A stretch of 64,000 nucleotides of DNA from Gracilinanus agilis (lineage: Eukaryota): contig NC_058133.1 in NCBI RefSeq assembly GCF_016433145.1, positions 372,743,166 to 372,807,165 of the forward strand, given 5' to 3'. The notes under the pieces are model-generated. The model had not been told where the DNA came from. It saw only the letters and a program-made list of their open reading frames with translations, and did not search any database. The translations under genes were made by a program, and so were the position numbers. Shown piece after piece: positions 22,340 to 34,800 of this stretch; the first letter of the stretch is position 1; the number at the start of each line of letters is the position of its first letter.

Positions 22340-25036
22340 ATATATACTTTTGTTTATTTTATTAAATATTTCCTAATTATTTAGCATTTAGTTTTAAAAT
22401 CTTGGAGTCACAACTTCTATCCGTCCATTGATCTCTTGCTCCATCCTTGAAAGTAATGCAAAATATATCTCCATGTTGTAAAAGAAAACACACAAACAAC
22501 AAAAAAATAAAAATAGAGTAAAACAGGTAGGCTTCACTGCATTCAGAGTTCATCAGTTTTTTTTTCTCTCTGAAGAAGAAAGGCATTTTTCATCATGGGT
22601 TCTTTGGAGTTATCTTGGATTATTCTCTTGGTCAGAGTAGCTAAGTCTCTCACAGTTGATCATCATTAAAATGATGTTTACTCATTTTACATGTATCATG
22701 TCTACTCTTACTGCCTACAGTGTTGTCTTGGTTTTGCTCATTTCAGTATACATGACTTCATATGTCTTCCCAGGTTTTCAGTTGATTCTCTACGGTTCTC
22801 TAACTATACCATTATATATCATCTGCAAAGAGTAATAGTTTTTTTTCCTTTATTGCCCATTTTTTATTCTTTAAGGTTTTTTCTTGCCTTATTGCTATAT
22901 ATAGCATTTATAATACAATATTGAATAATAGTGGTGATAATAGATATCTTTGTTTCACTTCTGATTTTTTGGGGAAGTTTTCAAATTTATTTCTATAATA
23001 ATGCTTGCTCTTGATTTTAGATAGATACTACTTATCATTTCCAGAAAGGCTCCATTTATCCCCATATAATGAGTATTATACTTTGTCTAAGACTTTTTCT
23101 GCATCTATTGATATAATCATGACTTTTGTTATTGATATGGTGAATTATGCTGATAATTTTCATAATATTAAACCAGTCTTACATTCCAGATACAAATACA
23201 TCTGATCATAATATATAATCTTTATGACATATTGCTGTAATATCCTTTCTAGCATTTTATTTAAATATTTTTTGCATTAATATGCATTAAGAAAATTGGT
23301 CTATAGTTTTCTTTCTCTGTTTTTTGTTCTTCCAGATTTATGTCATAAAAGGAATTTGGCAGGACCCCTTCTTTGATTATTTCCCCCAAGTGATTGTATA
23401 GTTTTAGAATGAATTGTTCTTTAAATGGTATATCTCTCTTACAAGTCCATCCAGCTGGAGTGAATTTTTTCTTAGGGTGTTCATCAATGGCTTATTTAAT
23501 TTCTGTGCCCAAGATACTGTTATTTAAGTATTCTATTTCCTCTTCCATTAAGATGGGAATTTTCCATTTTTGCAAATATTCATCTATTCACTTGGCTTGC
23601 TAATTTTACTGGCATATCACTGAGCAAAATAACTCCTATTAATTGCTTTAATTTCATCTTTATTGGTCATACATTAACCATTTTCCTTTTTTATACTAGT
23701 AATTTGGTTGTCTTCTATCTTTTAAAAAATTAAATTGATCAATAGCACATATATTTTATTGATTTTTTACATAAAGCCAGCTCCTACTTTTATTTATTAT
23801 TTCAATGGTGTTTTTACTTTCAAATTTATTCGTATCTCCTTTGATTTTTATTATTTCCATTTTGGTCTTTAATTGGGGATTTAAAACTTTTTTCTAGTTT
23901 AATTTTAAATTGCATGCTCAATTTATTAATCTGCTCTTCCTCTCTTTTATTGATCTGTGCCTATAGAGATATAATTTTCCCCTAAGTACAGCTTTGCCTG
24001 TACCCCACACATTTTGGAATATTGTCTTATTGTCGTCATTTTATTTATTGAAATAATTGATTTTTAATAACAACTTGTTATTTTATCTGTTTATTCCTTA
24101 GGACTAGATTGTTTAGTTTCCAATTAATTTTTAATCTATGTTTTCACAAAGCTCACTTTAAATTACTTTTAATTTTATTATGGTCTGAAAAGGGTGCCTT
24201 TGATAATTCTACTTTTCTGCATTTGTTTGTGAGGTTTTTATTCCCTAATATGTAGTCTATTTTTGTGGAGGTGCCTCTTGTAGCTGACAAAAAGGTATAC
24301 TTCTTTCTATTCCAACTCAATCTTCTCAAGGAATCTAACATATTTAACTTTTCTAAGATTATTCATTTCCTTCATTTGTCATTTGTCATCAAAAAACTTT
24401 CATATTTTGTTTCTTTTTGATGTTGTTTTAACTTAAAAAAAGTTTTAACTTTTTTAACTTAAAAAAAAAAACTCTTAAAATTGGGCTCTGTAACTGTGGT
24501 GAAGAGAGTATTGTTCCAATCTTTGGGTTCTTTGCATAGCTTCCTTCGGTGCTACCTCTGGGGATCTATAAACTTTCATTTCTTTCTAAGTGGTATCATC
24601 TAAGGAGAGATGTGTTTAATACTTTCCCAGCCTGTGACCTGGATCTGTGTATGGGCAATTTGACAAAAGTCTTACACCCAGAGTTAGCAAAGGCATCCCT
24701 ATGAGATCTTTCTGATTGGTTGTCCAACACCCTTTACCATCTGTGTCTGAGAGCTCAGGAAGCATTTGCTGCTGACTCAGCTGCCTCCAAAGCCTGTTGC
24801 CATGGTGAAGTCTGCCTTGATGAGCTGCTTTGTGCTCTACTTCTCTGTTGGTGCATTTTTTTCTTGTTATTCTTTTGTTGGTCTTATAAGTTGTTTAGAG
24901 TTAAAAATTATTTCACCCCATCTTTTTGTGGGTTAGACTACTCCAGAATTCATTTTGAGGCATTAGATCAGTTTTTTGGAGGGTAATTTGGTAGAGCATG
25001 GGTCTGTGTCCCTTCTCCTCCAGTTTGACTCTACCT
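22340..25036 (-). mobile_element. Older marsupial L1 with large internal deletions
   Basis: On the minus strand it reads 5' UTR (~25036-24480), endonuclease part ('TSTKIDYILG...FSDHN', ORF 24153-24341), RT part through FADD (plus-strand atatcatctgcaaag ~22817-22831), then jumps to the 3' UTR (~22770-22340). Confidence 0.85.
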
Positions 25037-25044
25037 ATCAAAAC

Positions 25045-25195
25045 CTCCCAATTCAGGATTTCTATGTGAACTGGAAAGACTACCAGGAATTGATGCAGAC
25101 CAAAAGGAGCAGAACCAGAAGAACACTGTACACAGAGACTGATATACTATGGTAAAATCGAATGTAATGGATGTCTGTACTAGCAACAATGCTTT
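25045..25195 (+). mobile_element. L1 3' UTR fragment
   Basis: 'gaattgatgcagaccaaaaggagcagaaccagaagaacactgtacacagagactgata...atgtaatgga..tctgtactagcaacaatgc' matches the opossum L1 3' UTR as recalled. Confidence 0.8.
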
Positions 25196-25199
25196 TTCC

Positions 25200-25730
25200 T
25201 CTATCTCTCTCATTTGATAGTAAAAATGCTTTTTTTTTTTTTTGCCATTCAAGGCATTCTTGTTGGGCTTTTTTACAATTCACATTTTTTTCTTTGAGTA
25301 ACTGTTTTGACTTCATTGTCTTCTGAGTTATCTTCTTTTGAGTGTCTTTCTCTTCTTCGTCACCAGAGTAGCTTTTTATGGGCAAGTCCTCTTTTGGTTG
25401 TTTGCTCATTTTCTTACTTGATTTTGCATTTTATGTTAATTGTTTACTTTGTTTCTGGCATGGGACAGGAAAAGAACAGTTTTAGACTTCAGACTTTTTC
25501 ATGCTACTGTTTTCAGAGCTATATCTACAGGTTTGTAAGTTTTCAGTGCTTCCACACAGCATCTTATCCTGGGTCTCATGCTAGGACTGGGACTCCTTGC
25601 AATCTTTTCCTGACCATTTGTGATGTCTCCTTTACCATCTCTATCTTGAGAGCTCCTGAAACTGCTGCTACAACATTATGCCACTATAAGTGTTTCTCCC
25701 ATGTGGGGTCCTGGCCAGTCTCTACCTGAC
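25200..25730 (-). mobile_element. L1 fragment: ORF1 N-terminus plus part of 5' UTR
   Basis: Minus ORF from 25409 'MSKQPKEDLPIKSYSGDEEEKDTQK...KNVNCKKAQQECLE' resembles the marsupial L1 ORF1p N-terminus. Confidence 0.7.
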
Positions 25731-25732
25731 CA

Positions 25733-25982
25733 TTATTCTCATCCACCTATTCAACTCAGGGAAGTCTTTACATGCTTGGGGTAGACACTCCTTTAACTCA
25801 CTAATGTGTTGGTGGCCCATCAGTTTCCCTCAATATTGTTTAGTTAATCTATTGAGATGGTTTACCAGGGTGTGGGGTGTATCGGTGATAAAAGAACTAG
25901 CATGTCTGGAATGAGGGCTTGCTGGACTCTTTTTAGGGCTGCTTATCCATCTTTGGCACTCAAATGTTATCTGTGGCTCCAA
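25733..25982 (-). mobile_element. WALLSI/RTE-SINE-type fragment with internal inversion
   Basis: 25871-25982 matches the 5' part ('gagggcttg...agggctgct.atcca.ctttgg...ctgtggctccaa') in forward orientation. 25733-25872 matches the next part ('gtaaaccatctc...gagtta...gtctaccccaagcatgt.aagac') in reverse. Confidence 0.7.
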
Positions 25983-26689
25983 TTTTTTGGAAATAAATTA
26001 CTTTTTTAAAGCAGGAAACTGGTCCCAATGAGATGTTTTAAGATTAATCTTATGTCCAAAGTTTAATCTCTAATTGAGGATGAAAAAAATATACATTTAT
26101 TAACTACTTAAGGGAGTTTGATTCTGAAGAATCACAGGAATGGTCTTCTGGGTTGTTCCTAAAGCCAGAGTTGGAAAGTAGGGGTAGTAGGAGGAGGGAA
26201 GAGTCATGTGGTAGAGCAGAGCTGATGTCAAGTTGGAGACTGGACTCAATGTTAGTCTGGGTCCAGCTAGACTAGGCTAGGTGATTTTGCATTCATTTAT
26301 TCACCCATTAATTCAGTGCAGCAGCTCCAGGACAACAGCTCTATACAAAAGTGAGATGAATTTCCCCATGATCCATATGTGTTAGTGTGAAGTAGAGGAA
26401 CAGTAGAATAGATGGGAAAATTGCTAGGAGGAATAACTGAATAGAATACAGTGGTCAGTTCTACTTAGGTGGTTCTAGAATCCCCTTCTCTTTCTCCACC
26501 CATTGTTGCTTTCTGATGCCCTGCTAGGGGAAGTAGAACCCTCAGCCACAAATTCCTATGACTTACTAGTTATTTCTTCTTAGTTTTACCTTATCTTTTA
26601 AGTGCAAACTCTACCTATTCCTTCCTCTACCACACTAAGGATAAATCTTTTTTTTTTGCATCATTTCTTGTCATGATAATGGTCTAGAC

Positions 26690-26896
26690 CAGGGTTTCTT
26701 AAACTGTTGACCATGAACTGGTTTTTAAAAATATCTTGATAACACTATTTCAATATAATTGGCTTCCTTTGTAATCCTATATATTTTACTTAACATGTTT
26801 AAGAACATTATTCTGAGGAAAGGTCCACCATCTGCACCAGATTACTATGACATAAGGTCTATGACACATGCATTAAAAAAAGGTTAAGAAATGCTA
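26690..26896 (+). mobile_element. Non-autonomous hAT-Charlie MITE
   Basis: TIR-like ends cagggtttcttaaact / aggttaagaaatgcta. The left flank gtctagac fits the Charlie NTCTAGAN target, but the right TSD is not recognisable. Confidence 0.75.
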
Positions 26897-29539
26897 TTAA
26901 AATAGGGAAATAGGGAATGAAGATTGTTTTCCTTTTGTGACTTCTCAACTGTAAGCACTTTCTCCCTCAGAATTAGAACATCATTATAATCCTTGCTAGG
27001 AGAAGAACAATAGAAGATAGAACAATCTAAATATAAGCAAAGTCAGAGGAGAGAATGAATAGAAAATTATCAAGTGTCTATGCCTGTAGGCTAGGAATAT
27101 TAGAAACAAAACATTCACAGCATGGGTGACAGAAGAAAAAATGAAGTACAAACATTTTACAGAAATGTCACTTTCCCGTGTAAGTGAAGAAAAATCCAGA
27201 ATATGACATTTCCTGTTGTCCTTGAAAGTCAAGAAGTGGTGAATGAGGGGGTGCTAATAATGGGATTGTTGGTTAATTTACAATAAGGACAACACTTTTA
27301 AACAAATAAATTATCGACAAATTTCAAAGGGTGTAAAATAGCCAACATAAGCTGAATTTTCAGATAAGAGGACTGGAGGATAAAAAGAGAGACGCATATG
27401 TTTCAAATCCCTAGGACAAAAGAGCTTGGACAGGGAAATATATGATGTGATAAGAAAAGCAAGAAGGATAACATGATTATAGTTATGGGAGATTTGAAAT
27501 TTCTCATTATGATGTGTGATTTGTGAAACTTTTCAGACAGGTTAGACTGAGGAAAGGGTACATGATATATTTTCTAAATGTCTATGGATTTTCTAGATTT
27601 CCAGAGACCTGACCTATAAGGATTTTATGATAGTCAGACCCAGAGTCATTCTTGAAATAGGATAGTATCCAGGATACAATACTGTTGGTGTCACTGAGAA
27701 CCTTTTCACATGTCCAAAACCAGAATGTGATTCTAAATATCAGTAATAATCAAAGAAAAATAGAAATTAAAAAATAAAAAATCCCTCTACTTCTGTGAAT
27801 ATTTGATTGAATGAAAATAATTTATTTAGCCCATATTATGTGCATTCTGCTAACCAAAAATTAAAAAAAAATGAAGATAGTTCCAATTCTCGAGGGAGTG
27901 GCACATAGGAATGGGACATTTTTGTCTGAGAAGTCACAGGATAGTGAATGGAGCTATAGGAGAGTATACTGATACATCATATAATTTGCAGTAAGAATGG
28001 CATGGCTGATTTGATTGACTTCAGATCTGGAAAGCTAGAGGGAAGAGAGGAAGAGAGGGATGCAGAGTTCACACATGGTGGCAAGAAAATGGCTAGGAGT
28101 AGAGAATAAAGTCTGGTATGACTTGGCCCATTATTAAATAATAATCCTTTGCCAATCAGTAAAGTAGGACAGGAGTTCAGGAGCTGAAAGGATTAATACA
28201 TGTGGGAAATGACTTCTGGTCCAACTGGGGTTCAATAATTAGTTAATTTCATGTATGTATATAGACATTATATATTGATACATACATTAAAAACATTAAT
28301 GTTGAGTTAGATTTTATTTAGATGATACTTCTGCTCTTTGATTCATTTGCTTAATTGTCAGACTTTAGCCATTAATGGGGAGTTGGCAAATAAAAAACAA
28401 AGGTATTTACTGAGAAAGGAAATTGATGAATGGTACTTTTGTTTATCTTCTTTTGCCCATTCATGTTTTTTTTAATTCTCTTTTATTATTAAGTCCTTTA
28501 TGATCACAACATTGAAGAAAATGAAGGAGGTTTTTGGTCCAGATTTCAAGTTCTTCTTTTAATGGACCTAAATTTATATTTTACCTTCTATTCAGATAAG
28601 TTTTATCTTCCTACAGTGGCTACTATAGGAGAATTAACATGTTAAGACATTAGGCAGAATGGTTGTTATAGAAAGACAAGCTACTTGGGTAGAATGAAGC
28701 AGATCAGATAGGTCTGAGGTACCCTAGCTTAACCTAATGCAGAATTCCTACACACTTCTCCTTCTTGTTATACCCCAAAGCTCTGGATAATCTTGCTGTA
28801 TTAATGTTTTGAGGTTGGTGTTGAAACTATCAAACTATCCTAGGACTTTCCAGGTACAGTCTTGGGCCCTCTGAATCAGGACTTCTCTTGCTCTTCACTC
28901 TGGCTCCGCCATATTTCCTGTGATCTATTCTGTTTTGCCACCATCTGGTTTTGTTTAACCTCTTGGCAACCTTGAAATAATGTCACCCTGAGTTGACATC
29001 ATTGCCTGGCTGAAGCACTCTCAATAGTAGAAAAAACCAACAAGATAAGCAAACTCTTAAACACAGGAATAAATTTGGTTTGTTTAGGGAAACAGTGAAG
29101 GCTAGAAGGAGGAAAAAATAATTGATATTAAGGAATAATGTGAAATAAATAATGGGGGATAAGCCTAGGAGTTCTGTATGCAGGCAGAGGAATGACTTTT
29201 TTTTTTAAACATCTGTGCATCAATGCATCATCTTATCATTGTATTTTTTTCTCAATGATATTAACCTGTCCTAGATAACAAATCTAGTCTGCTCAATGAA
29301 GATTTCAGAAGCTCCAATTCTATAAGCCCATATTTATGTGCCCCAAACTTTTAGGGTTGTGAGTTCTTCTTTGTATCTAACCCAAGACATTCTTGCTATA
29401 TAACATTTGTCCATACTGTTTATTTTGCTGTCCCCTCATTTTGGGTGAATCTCTTAGGTAAGGAACTTTAATAATGGGATAGGAAGGCAGAAGGGCTTAA
29501 AAATCTTCTTATGGCCCAGATTTGATCCTGGTAACTTCT

Positions 29540-30010
29540 ATTCCAGAAATTTTAGTATTTCACTGTTGCCTTCATGATAAAATACAAACTCTACTGTCAG
29601 GCATTTAAAGTCCTGCACCATCTGTTTGCAGCCTACCTTTTTAGACTGATTATTCATTATTCCTCATTTACTCATTATTCCTGTTTACTTACTCTATTCT
29701 TCAGCCAAACTGGCCTACTTGCTTTTCCCCTTGTATAACATCCCACCTTCTGTCTTGATGCATTTACAAAGGCTTTCCTCTGTCAAGGCTAAGCTCAAAT
29801 TGCTACTTTCTCAATTGCTTCCTCTAGTTATTATTGCTTCCCCTCCCAATTATTTTTCATTTTCTTTGTATATTATTTAATTATAGTTGTTATTTTTCTA
29901 TCCCCTTCAGGAGAATGTAAGTTCCCTAAAGGCACCCATACTTGTCTTTGAACCCCCAGCTTTCACTTAGAGTCTTACATATAGTAGGTAGTTAAAAGAT
30001 GTCTCTTGAA
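29540..30010 (+). mobile_element. L2 3' fragment
   Basis: 'ataaaatacaaactc...ggcatttaaagtcctgcac...agccaaactggcctactt...gaatgtaagttccc...catatagtaggtagttaa...ttgaat'. Confidence 0.75.
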
Positions 30011-30269
30011 TAAATTGAATTGAGATATTTTGTAGATGTGGAGGAGCCATTGATTAGAAAAGGAATTGGGACACCCTACAGACATAATATTAGTAGGAGT
30101 TTATTTAAAATTAAGATTTGAGGAAGAATTTTTAACATTAGTTTACCATGTAAAGAATTCAATAACATTTAAAGATATCAAGATTGCAAGCACAGTTCAT
30201 AAACTTTAAACAAATAATCTTTTTGAAAAGACCCTGAAGAAATATTTTAATATTTTTATTAGTTCTAAA

Positions 30270-30660
30270 GTATGTTCAGAAGCAGCAATATTGTACTATG
30301 ATCAACTGTGAATGACTTAACTATTATCAACAATGTAAGGATCTAAGACACTATTCTAAGGTTCTCATGACAGAAAAAGCTATCCACCACTGTAGAAGGA
30401 ATTGGCAGAGTCTGAATTCAGATTAAACCTTACCTTTCTTCACTTTATTTCCTTCATGAATTTTTCTCTAGCATAAGCAATATGTCTCCTTTCATAATAT
30501 GATGAACATGGAATTACATATAGTATGACAACACATGTACAAACTGTATCATTTTACCTGCCATCTTGGAGTAGGAGGGAAGGAGACAACATGGATGATA
30601 AAATGTAAGAAAATGATTACTAAAAATTGTAATGATATAATCTAGAAAAAAATAAAGTAG
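30270..30660 (+). mobile_element. L1 3' UTR fragment
   Basis: 'caatattgtactatgatcaactgtgaatgacttaactatt...aaaagctatccacc...gagtctgaa' ending in an A-rich tail. Confidence 0.75.
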
Positions 30661-30839
30661 GTTCAGAGATTGGTAGCCAAGTATTTGCTTCTTTTGCAGA
30701 GCATTGTTTGCATGTGACATTTTAGGCTAAGGCTTTGAACTTGGTAAAAACTATGCATTCAATCTGACCAGAATTCCAGATATTTATTAAACCATATTCT
30801 TAAACAGAACCCTCATTCTTTTCTATCTCCTACCTATGC

Positions 30840-31060
30840 TTTCTATTCACTAAAGAAACCAAAGAAGCTGATTCCACCTTACTTACATCTTCAATATTTC
30901 CAACTCAATATGTGAAAATAGGACTCATTTCCTCCTCCCCAAACTTATCATTGTTCCAACTTTTCCTTTCTGTGCTGAGAGCACCATCATTCTTCCCCTC
31001 ACTTAGGTTCATAGACTTGAATTTTTCCTCTTTTTTGGATTCAACTATTTTCTCACATGG
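30840..31060 (+). mobile_element. L2 ORF2 C-terminal fragment
   Basis: 'catcttcaa..tttccaactcaatatgt..aaaataggactcatt...gagcaccatcattcttccc' corresponds to the L2 KTELIIFP region. Confidence 0.6.
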
Positions 31061-31479
31061 CAGTATCAGAAATGTAGAACAAAAGCTAAAGGTTAGGTTG
31101 TCTCCTTTGGCTTCATTCTGTCCTTTTGTTCTTGCCCCAGGATTTGTATGTATGCTAATCAGGGAGCCTTATGAGAACTGAGGGAAACCCAGACCTTAAA
31201 CAGCTTGTATGAATTTTTTTTTTACCAGAGTCATCAAAAATGTGTTTTTGGGATATAGACAAACAATTTTAACAAGTCAAAAGGAATTTGAAAAGGAATA
31301 TTATGCTCCTAAGTATGGCAGTTGATTGGGACTAAAACTAACAACTTTAAGTTGACAAAATGAAAAAGACAAAAAAATTGAAATTTTAACTTGGATGCTT
31401 TGAGGTGACACATGATTCAAGTCTTTAAAGTAGCTTGGAGTTCTAAGAGGTGGAGGAAAAGAGGAAATAAATTCTAGCT

Positions 31480-32500
31480 ATAGGGGACAGCCTCACAAAG
31501 GCACAGAGATGTATGTGGAATACCGAGTTTGGGGCATAACAAGTATTCCAGTTTAGCTGAGACTTAGAATGTGTGAAAGCAAGTAATATGAAGTAAGGCC
31601 ACAGAGGTGGTCAGGAATCTGATTATGAAGGATTTTAAATGACATTTTATAAACTCTACATTTTAATCGTAGGGGCAGAAGAAAGGCATTGAAAATTCTT
31701 ATCTGGGTAAAAGTTCCTAAAATGATGGCTGCATGAGTTGAAAAGAGGGACTATGTTTTAGAGGTTGGATAGATAACACCTGCCAACTAATCAGCTACTG
31801 TTGAGGGGAGATTTGAGAATGATGTTGAGGTTAAGAATCTGGGTGGATAAAAAAATAATGATATCCTCTATGGAAATAAGGAAAGTTGGATAAAACTGGT
31901 GCTTAGGGAGAAAGATAATGAGTTCTGTTTTTTTTTTAAATTATTATTTATTTTTATTTTTTGACACAGTACAATGTCCTTTTAATTTTTGAAAATTATA
32001 TTTTATTTATTTCACTAAATATCTCCTAATTTATATATTTAAATTTTAACATTCATTTTTGAGTTCTTAAATCTTTTCCTCCTTCCTGTGCTTCTCCCAC
32101 CCACTGAGAAAGCAAGCAATATGATATCAATTATACATGTGAAATCAAGCAAAACATAATTCCATACTCTCCAGTGGAGTTCTTTTTTTTGAAACATATT
32201 GAGTCAACAGGACATATAGTTAGAGGTAACCAACAGTCAAATGTTGCAGGATTAGAATTTAAGGAGAGATAATAGGGTTAAATGTATAGAACTGGAACTC
32301 TTTTATATTGAGATGAAATATAAATCCATGATAGCTGGTGAAATTACCAAGAAACAGAGTGTCAAGTGAGGAGAAGTGGGCTTAGGCAGAGCGATTCATA
32401 CAGTTGGGGTGCAGTGAGATATGGATAATCATCCAGCAAAGAGGAAGACATGGTTGCTTAGGGAAAGAGGAGAACCAGAAGAGAACGGTATTATGAAAAC
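31480..32500 (-). mobile_element. L2 fragment interrupted by an L1 3' UTR piece (~31930-32175)
   Basis: Purine-rich L2 antisense signature ('gggagaaagataatgagttctgttt...catattgagt') on both sides of an L1-like T-rich tail with 'cccacccactgagaaagcaagcaatatgatat'. Confidence 0.7.
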
Positions 32501-32577
32501 TCAAGGAAATCCCTTTACTAGAACATAAGCTCCTTGAAAGCAGAGGATGTTTCCTCTTTATCTTTGTGTCTCTAGAT

Positions 32578-32801
32578 CAGTGATAGTGAACCTTTTAGAG
32601 GCTGAGTGCCCAAACTGCAACATTCATACCATATGTGAACCCCCCGCCTTATCCCAGACAGAGGATGGAGGAAGTGCTCCCATTGGGCTGCTGGGCAGAG
32701 GATTGGGTGATGAGAGAAATGCCTGCGGGCATGCATGGAGAGGGGGAAGGGAGCAGCCCTCTCTAGTACCCTCCAGCAGTGCCATAGGTTTGTCAACAGG
32801 G
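32578..32801 (+). mobile_element. OposCharlie-like hAT MITE inserted in an L2 tail
   Basis: TIRs CAGTGATAGTGAACCT / AGGTTTGTCAACAGGG, 8-bp TSD ctctagat/ctctagtg. The flanks join into an L2 3' end. Confidence 0.85.
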
Positions 32802-32929
32802 CTCTAGTGCCTTCCATAGTTCTTACATCTTGTACTCAATAAGTGTCTGCTTAACCGAATTTAAAGTACATAGTGTATAAAACAGTGTATTAGGTGAAAG
32901 AGGAGAGACAGTTTATACAAGCTATTAGT

Positions 32930-33070
32930 CTCATGGGAATCAGAGTCCAGGACTAGGATGAAGACATAGATGGCATGCTTATCACATTTGCATATGACAG
33001 AAGCTCAGAGTAATAGCTAATACACTAGATGACAGAATCAGGATTGAAATCTTAACAGGTTGGAACAGTG
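32930..33070 (+). mobile_element. L3/CR1 RT fragment
   Basis: 'gatggcatgcttatcacatttgcatatgacagaagctc...atagctaatacactagatgacagaatcaggatt' is a decayed GMLIKFADDTKL..ANTLDDRIRI. Confidence 0.8.
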
Positions 33071-33689
33071 TTGTTAAGGCAAGGGCTTTCAACCTATTTC
33101 TGAGGCTGATATGGCACCTGTCTGACTTCTGCCTCATCAGGAATGCATCCTTAAGCTGTCCTAGGGAAGTCTGATCATATTAGAATCTTCTTTTAATAGA
33201 AGACTAATCCCTAGTCTCTAGGATAGAATCAAGCAAGGCTACAGCATGCAAGATGCCTAGGGAGAGAGGAAGCAAACAAACACAACTCCTCTGGCCACCT
33301 TCCCTGGCATGTAGGGAGAAACAGAGTGACATACTCACAGTGACATAAGTGGAGCAGATCTTGACAATGGGGTCATACTTTCCAAATTCCAGAGTATGAT
33401 ACACTCTGCAAAAGTTTGTCAGTGGTGACCAGTGTCCACCAACCAGCAGAGTCCACTCTTTCTTTTACTTAACACTCGCATTGAATACAGCTCCACATTT
33501 CTGTAATGACATCCCTTTTGATCCTATCTTCTTTCTATAGTTTCCTTCCTTTCCTCCCCATCTTCTTCAAGAGAAGGTGGTTAAGGGAATCTCTCAGTGT
33601 CTGATAAAATCCTGAAGGATGGAGGACATATACACAACCAACTTTCTTGTATAGTTCTCTAGCCTGTACCCTTGCTGGGCAATGACATA

Positions 33690-33910
33690 AAAATGCCTGC
33701 CATTTATGAAGCCCTCTTATGTTGGGTAAAGCACTTTACATTTAATATCTTAAGTGAGCCTCATGACAGTCCTATGCTATAGGACAATTATTATTCACAT
33801 TTTGCAGATGAGGAAACAGGCTCAGAAAGGTTAAGTAACTTGACTATTGTCACAAAGTAGTAAGAGTCTGAGGCAGAATTTGAATCAAGATTAAAGTCCA
33901 GGTCTCTACA
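33690..33910 (-). mobile_element. MIR SINE
   Basis: 'aaagcactttaca...attttgcagatgaggaaacaggctcagaaaggttaagtaacttg'. Confidence 0.8.
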
Positions 33911-34096
33911 TTTTGGGTGACATTTTAGGTGACATTTAAGTATCTCAAAATACCACATTCCTGCTTGTCAGTAGCCTAAGATCTCCTTTACTTCATATTC
34001 AATTCTTGGACTCACTTATATAATGAGTAGGTTCTGCTATTTCCATGGAAATTGGGGAGGGGGCTACTTTGACTGCAGATCTGAAATATGAAAAAT

Positions 34097-34589
34097 TGTA
34101 GGGTAAAACTAACTTCCATAACAATATGTTCTGATGAAAAGGATTGGTGTTTGGTCCAATATAACCATTGTCCAAGAACTTGGAAAAACNNNNNNNNNNN
34201 NNNNNNNNNNNNNNNNNNNNNNNNNNNNNNNNNNNNNNNNNNNNNNNNNNNNNNNNNNNNNNNNNNNNNNNNNNNNNNNNNNNNNNNNNNNNNNNNNNNN
34301 NNNNNNNNNNNNNNNNNNNNNNNNNNNNNNNNNNNNNNNNNNNNNNNNNNNNNNNNNNNNNNNNNNNNNNNNNNNNNNNNNNNNNNNNNNAGAGAGAAGG
34401 GTGTGGAGAGAAAGAGATCTAGCTAAAGAAGCTGGACTCAGAATTCCCACAAGAATCTTATTCACTGTTAGTCTCCTTTATTTAGAAAGGCTGACATTTG
34501 CTGCATCTCTGATATATCTGCCAGATACACTTGTGGGGAGAAATAAAAAAAAAAAACACCTGAAAGGTTGAACACTTGACCATAGAACA
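34097..34589 (+). mobile_element. Possible solo LTR spanning the assembly gap
   Basis: Starts TGTAGGG, ends AGAACA, with AATAAA near 34541. The interior is largely N and no TSD was found. Confidence 0.35.
34190..34390. other. Assembly gap (201 N)
   Basis: Run of n read directly from the sequence. Confidence 0.99.
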
Positions 34590-34800
34590 TATGAGAGATG
34601 GTGGGGATATAGTGAATGGAACTCTCGTCCTGGAGTCAGTAATATCTAAGATCAAATCATTCCTCAGATACATAGGAATTTTGTGACCAGACAACTGATC
34701 TCACTTCTCTGATTATTAGTTTCCTTATTTGTAAATAAAAAGGAGATGCTAGCTTCTACCTTATAAGTGAGAATCAAACAATATGATGTGACTAATTACC
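34590..34800 (+). mobile_element. MIR SINE
   Basis: 'atatagtgaatgga...cctggagtcagt...tcacttctctg...agtttccttatttgtaaa'. Confidence 0.7.

Noticed and set aside
25307-25729. 140-aa plus-strand ORF
   Set aside because: It is antisense to the L1 ORF1/5' UTR fragment, so incidental.
34088-34571. ORFs of 84-145 aa in the ORF track
   Set aside because: They are open only because they run through the 201-N gap.
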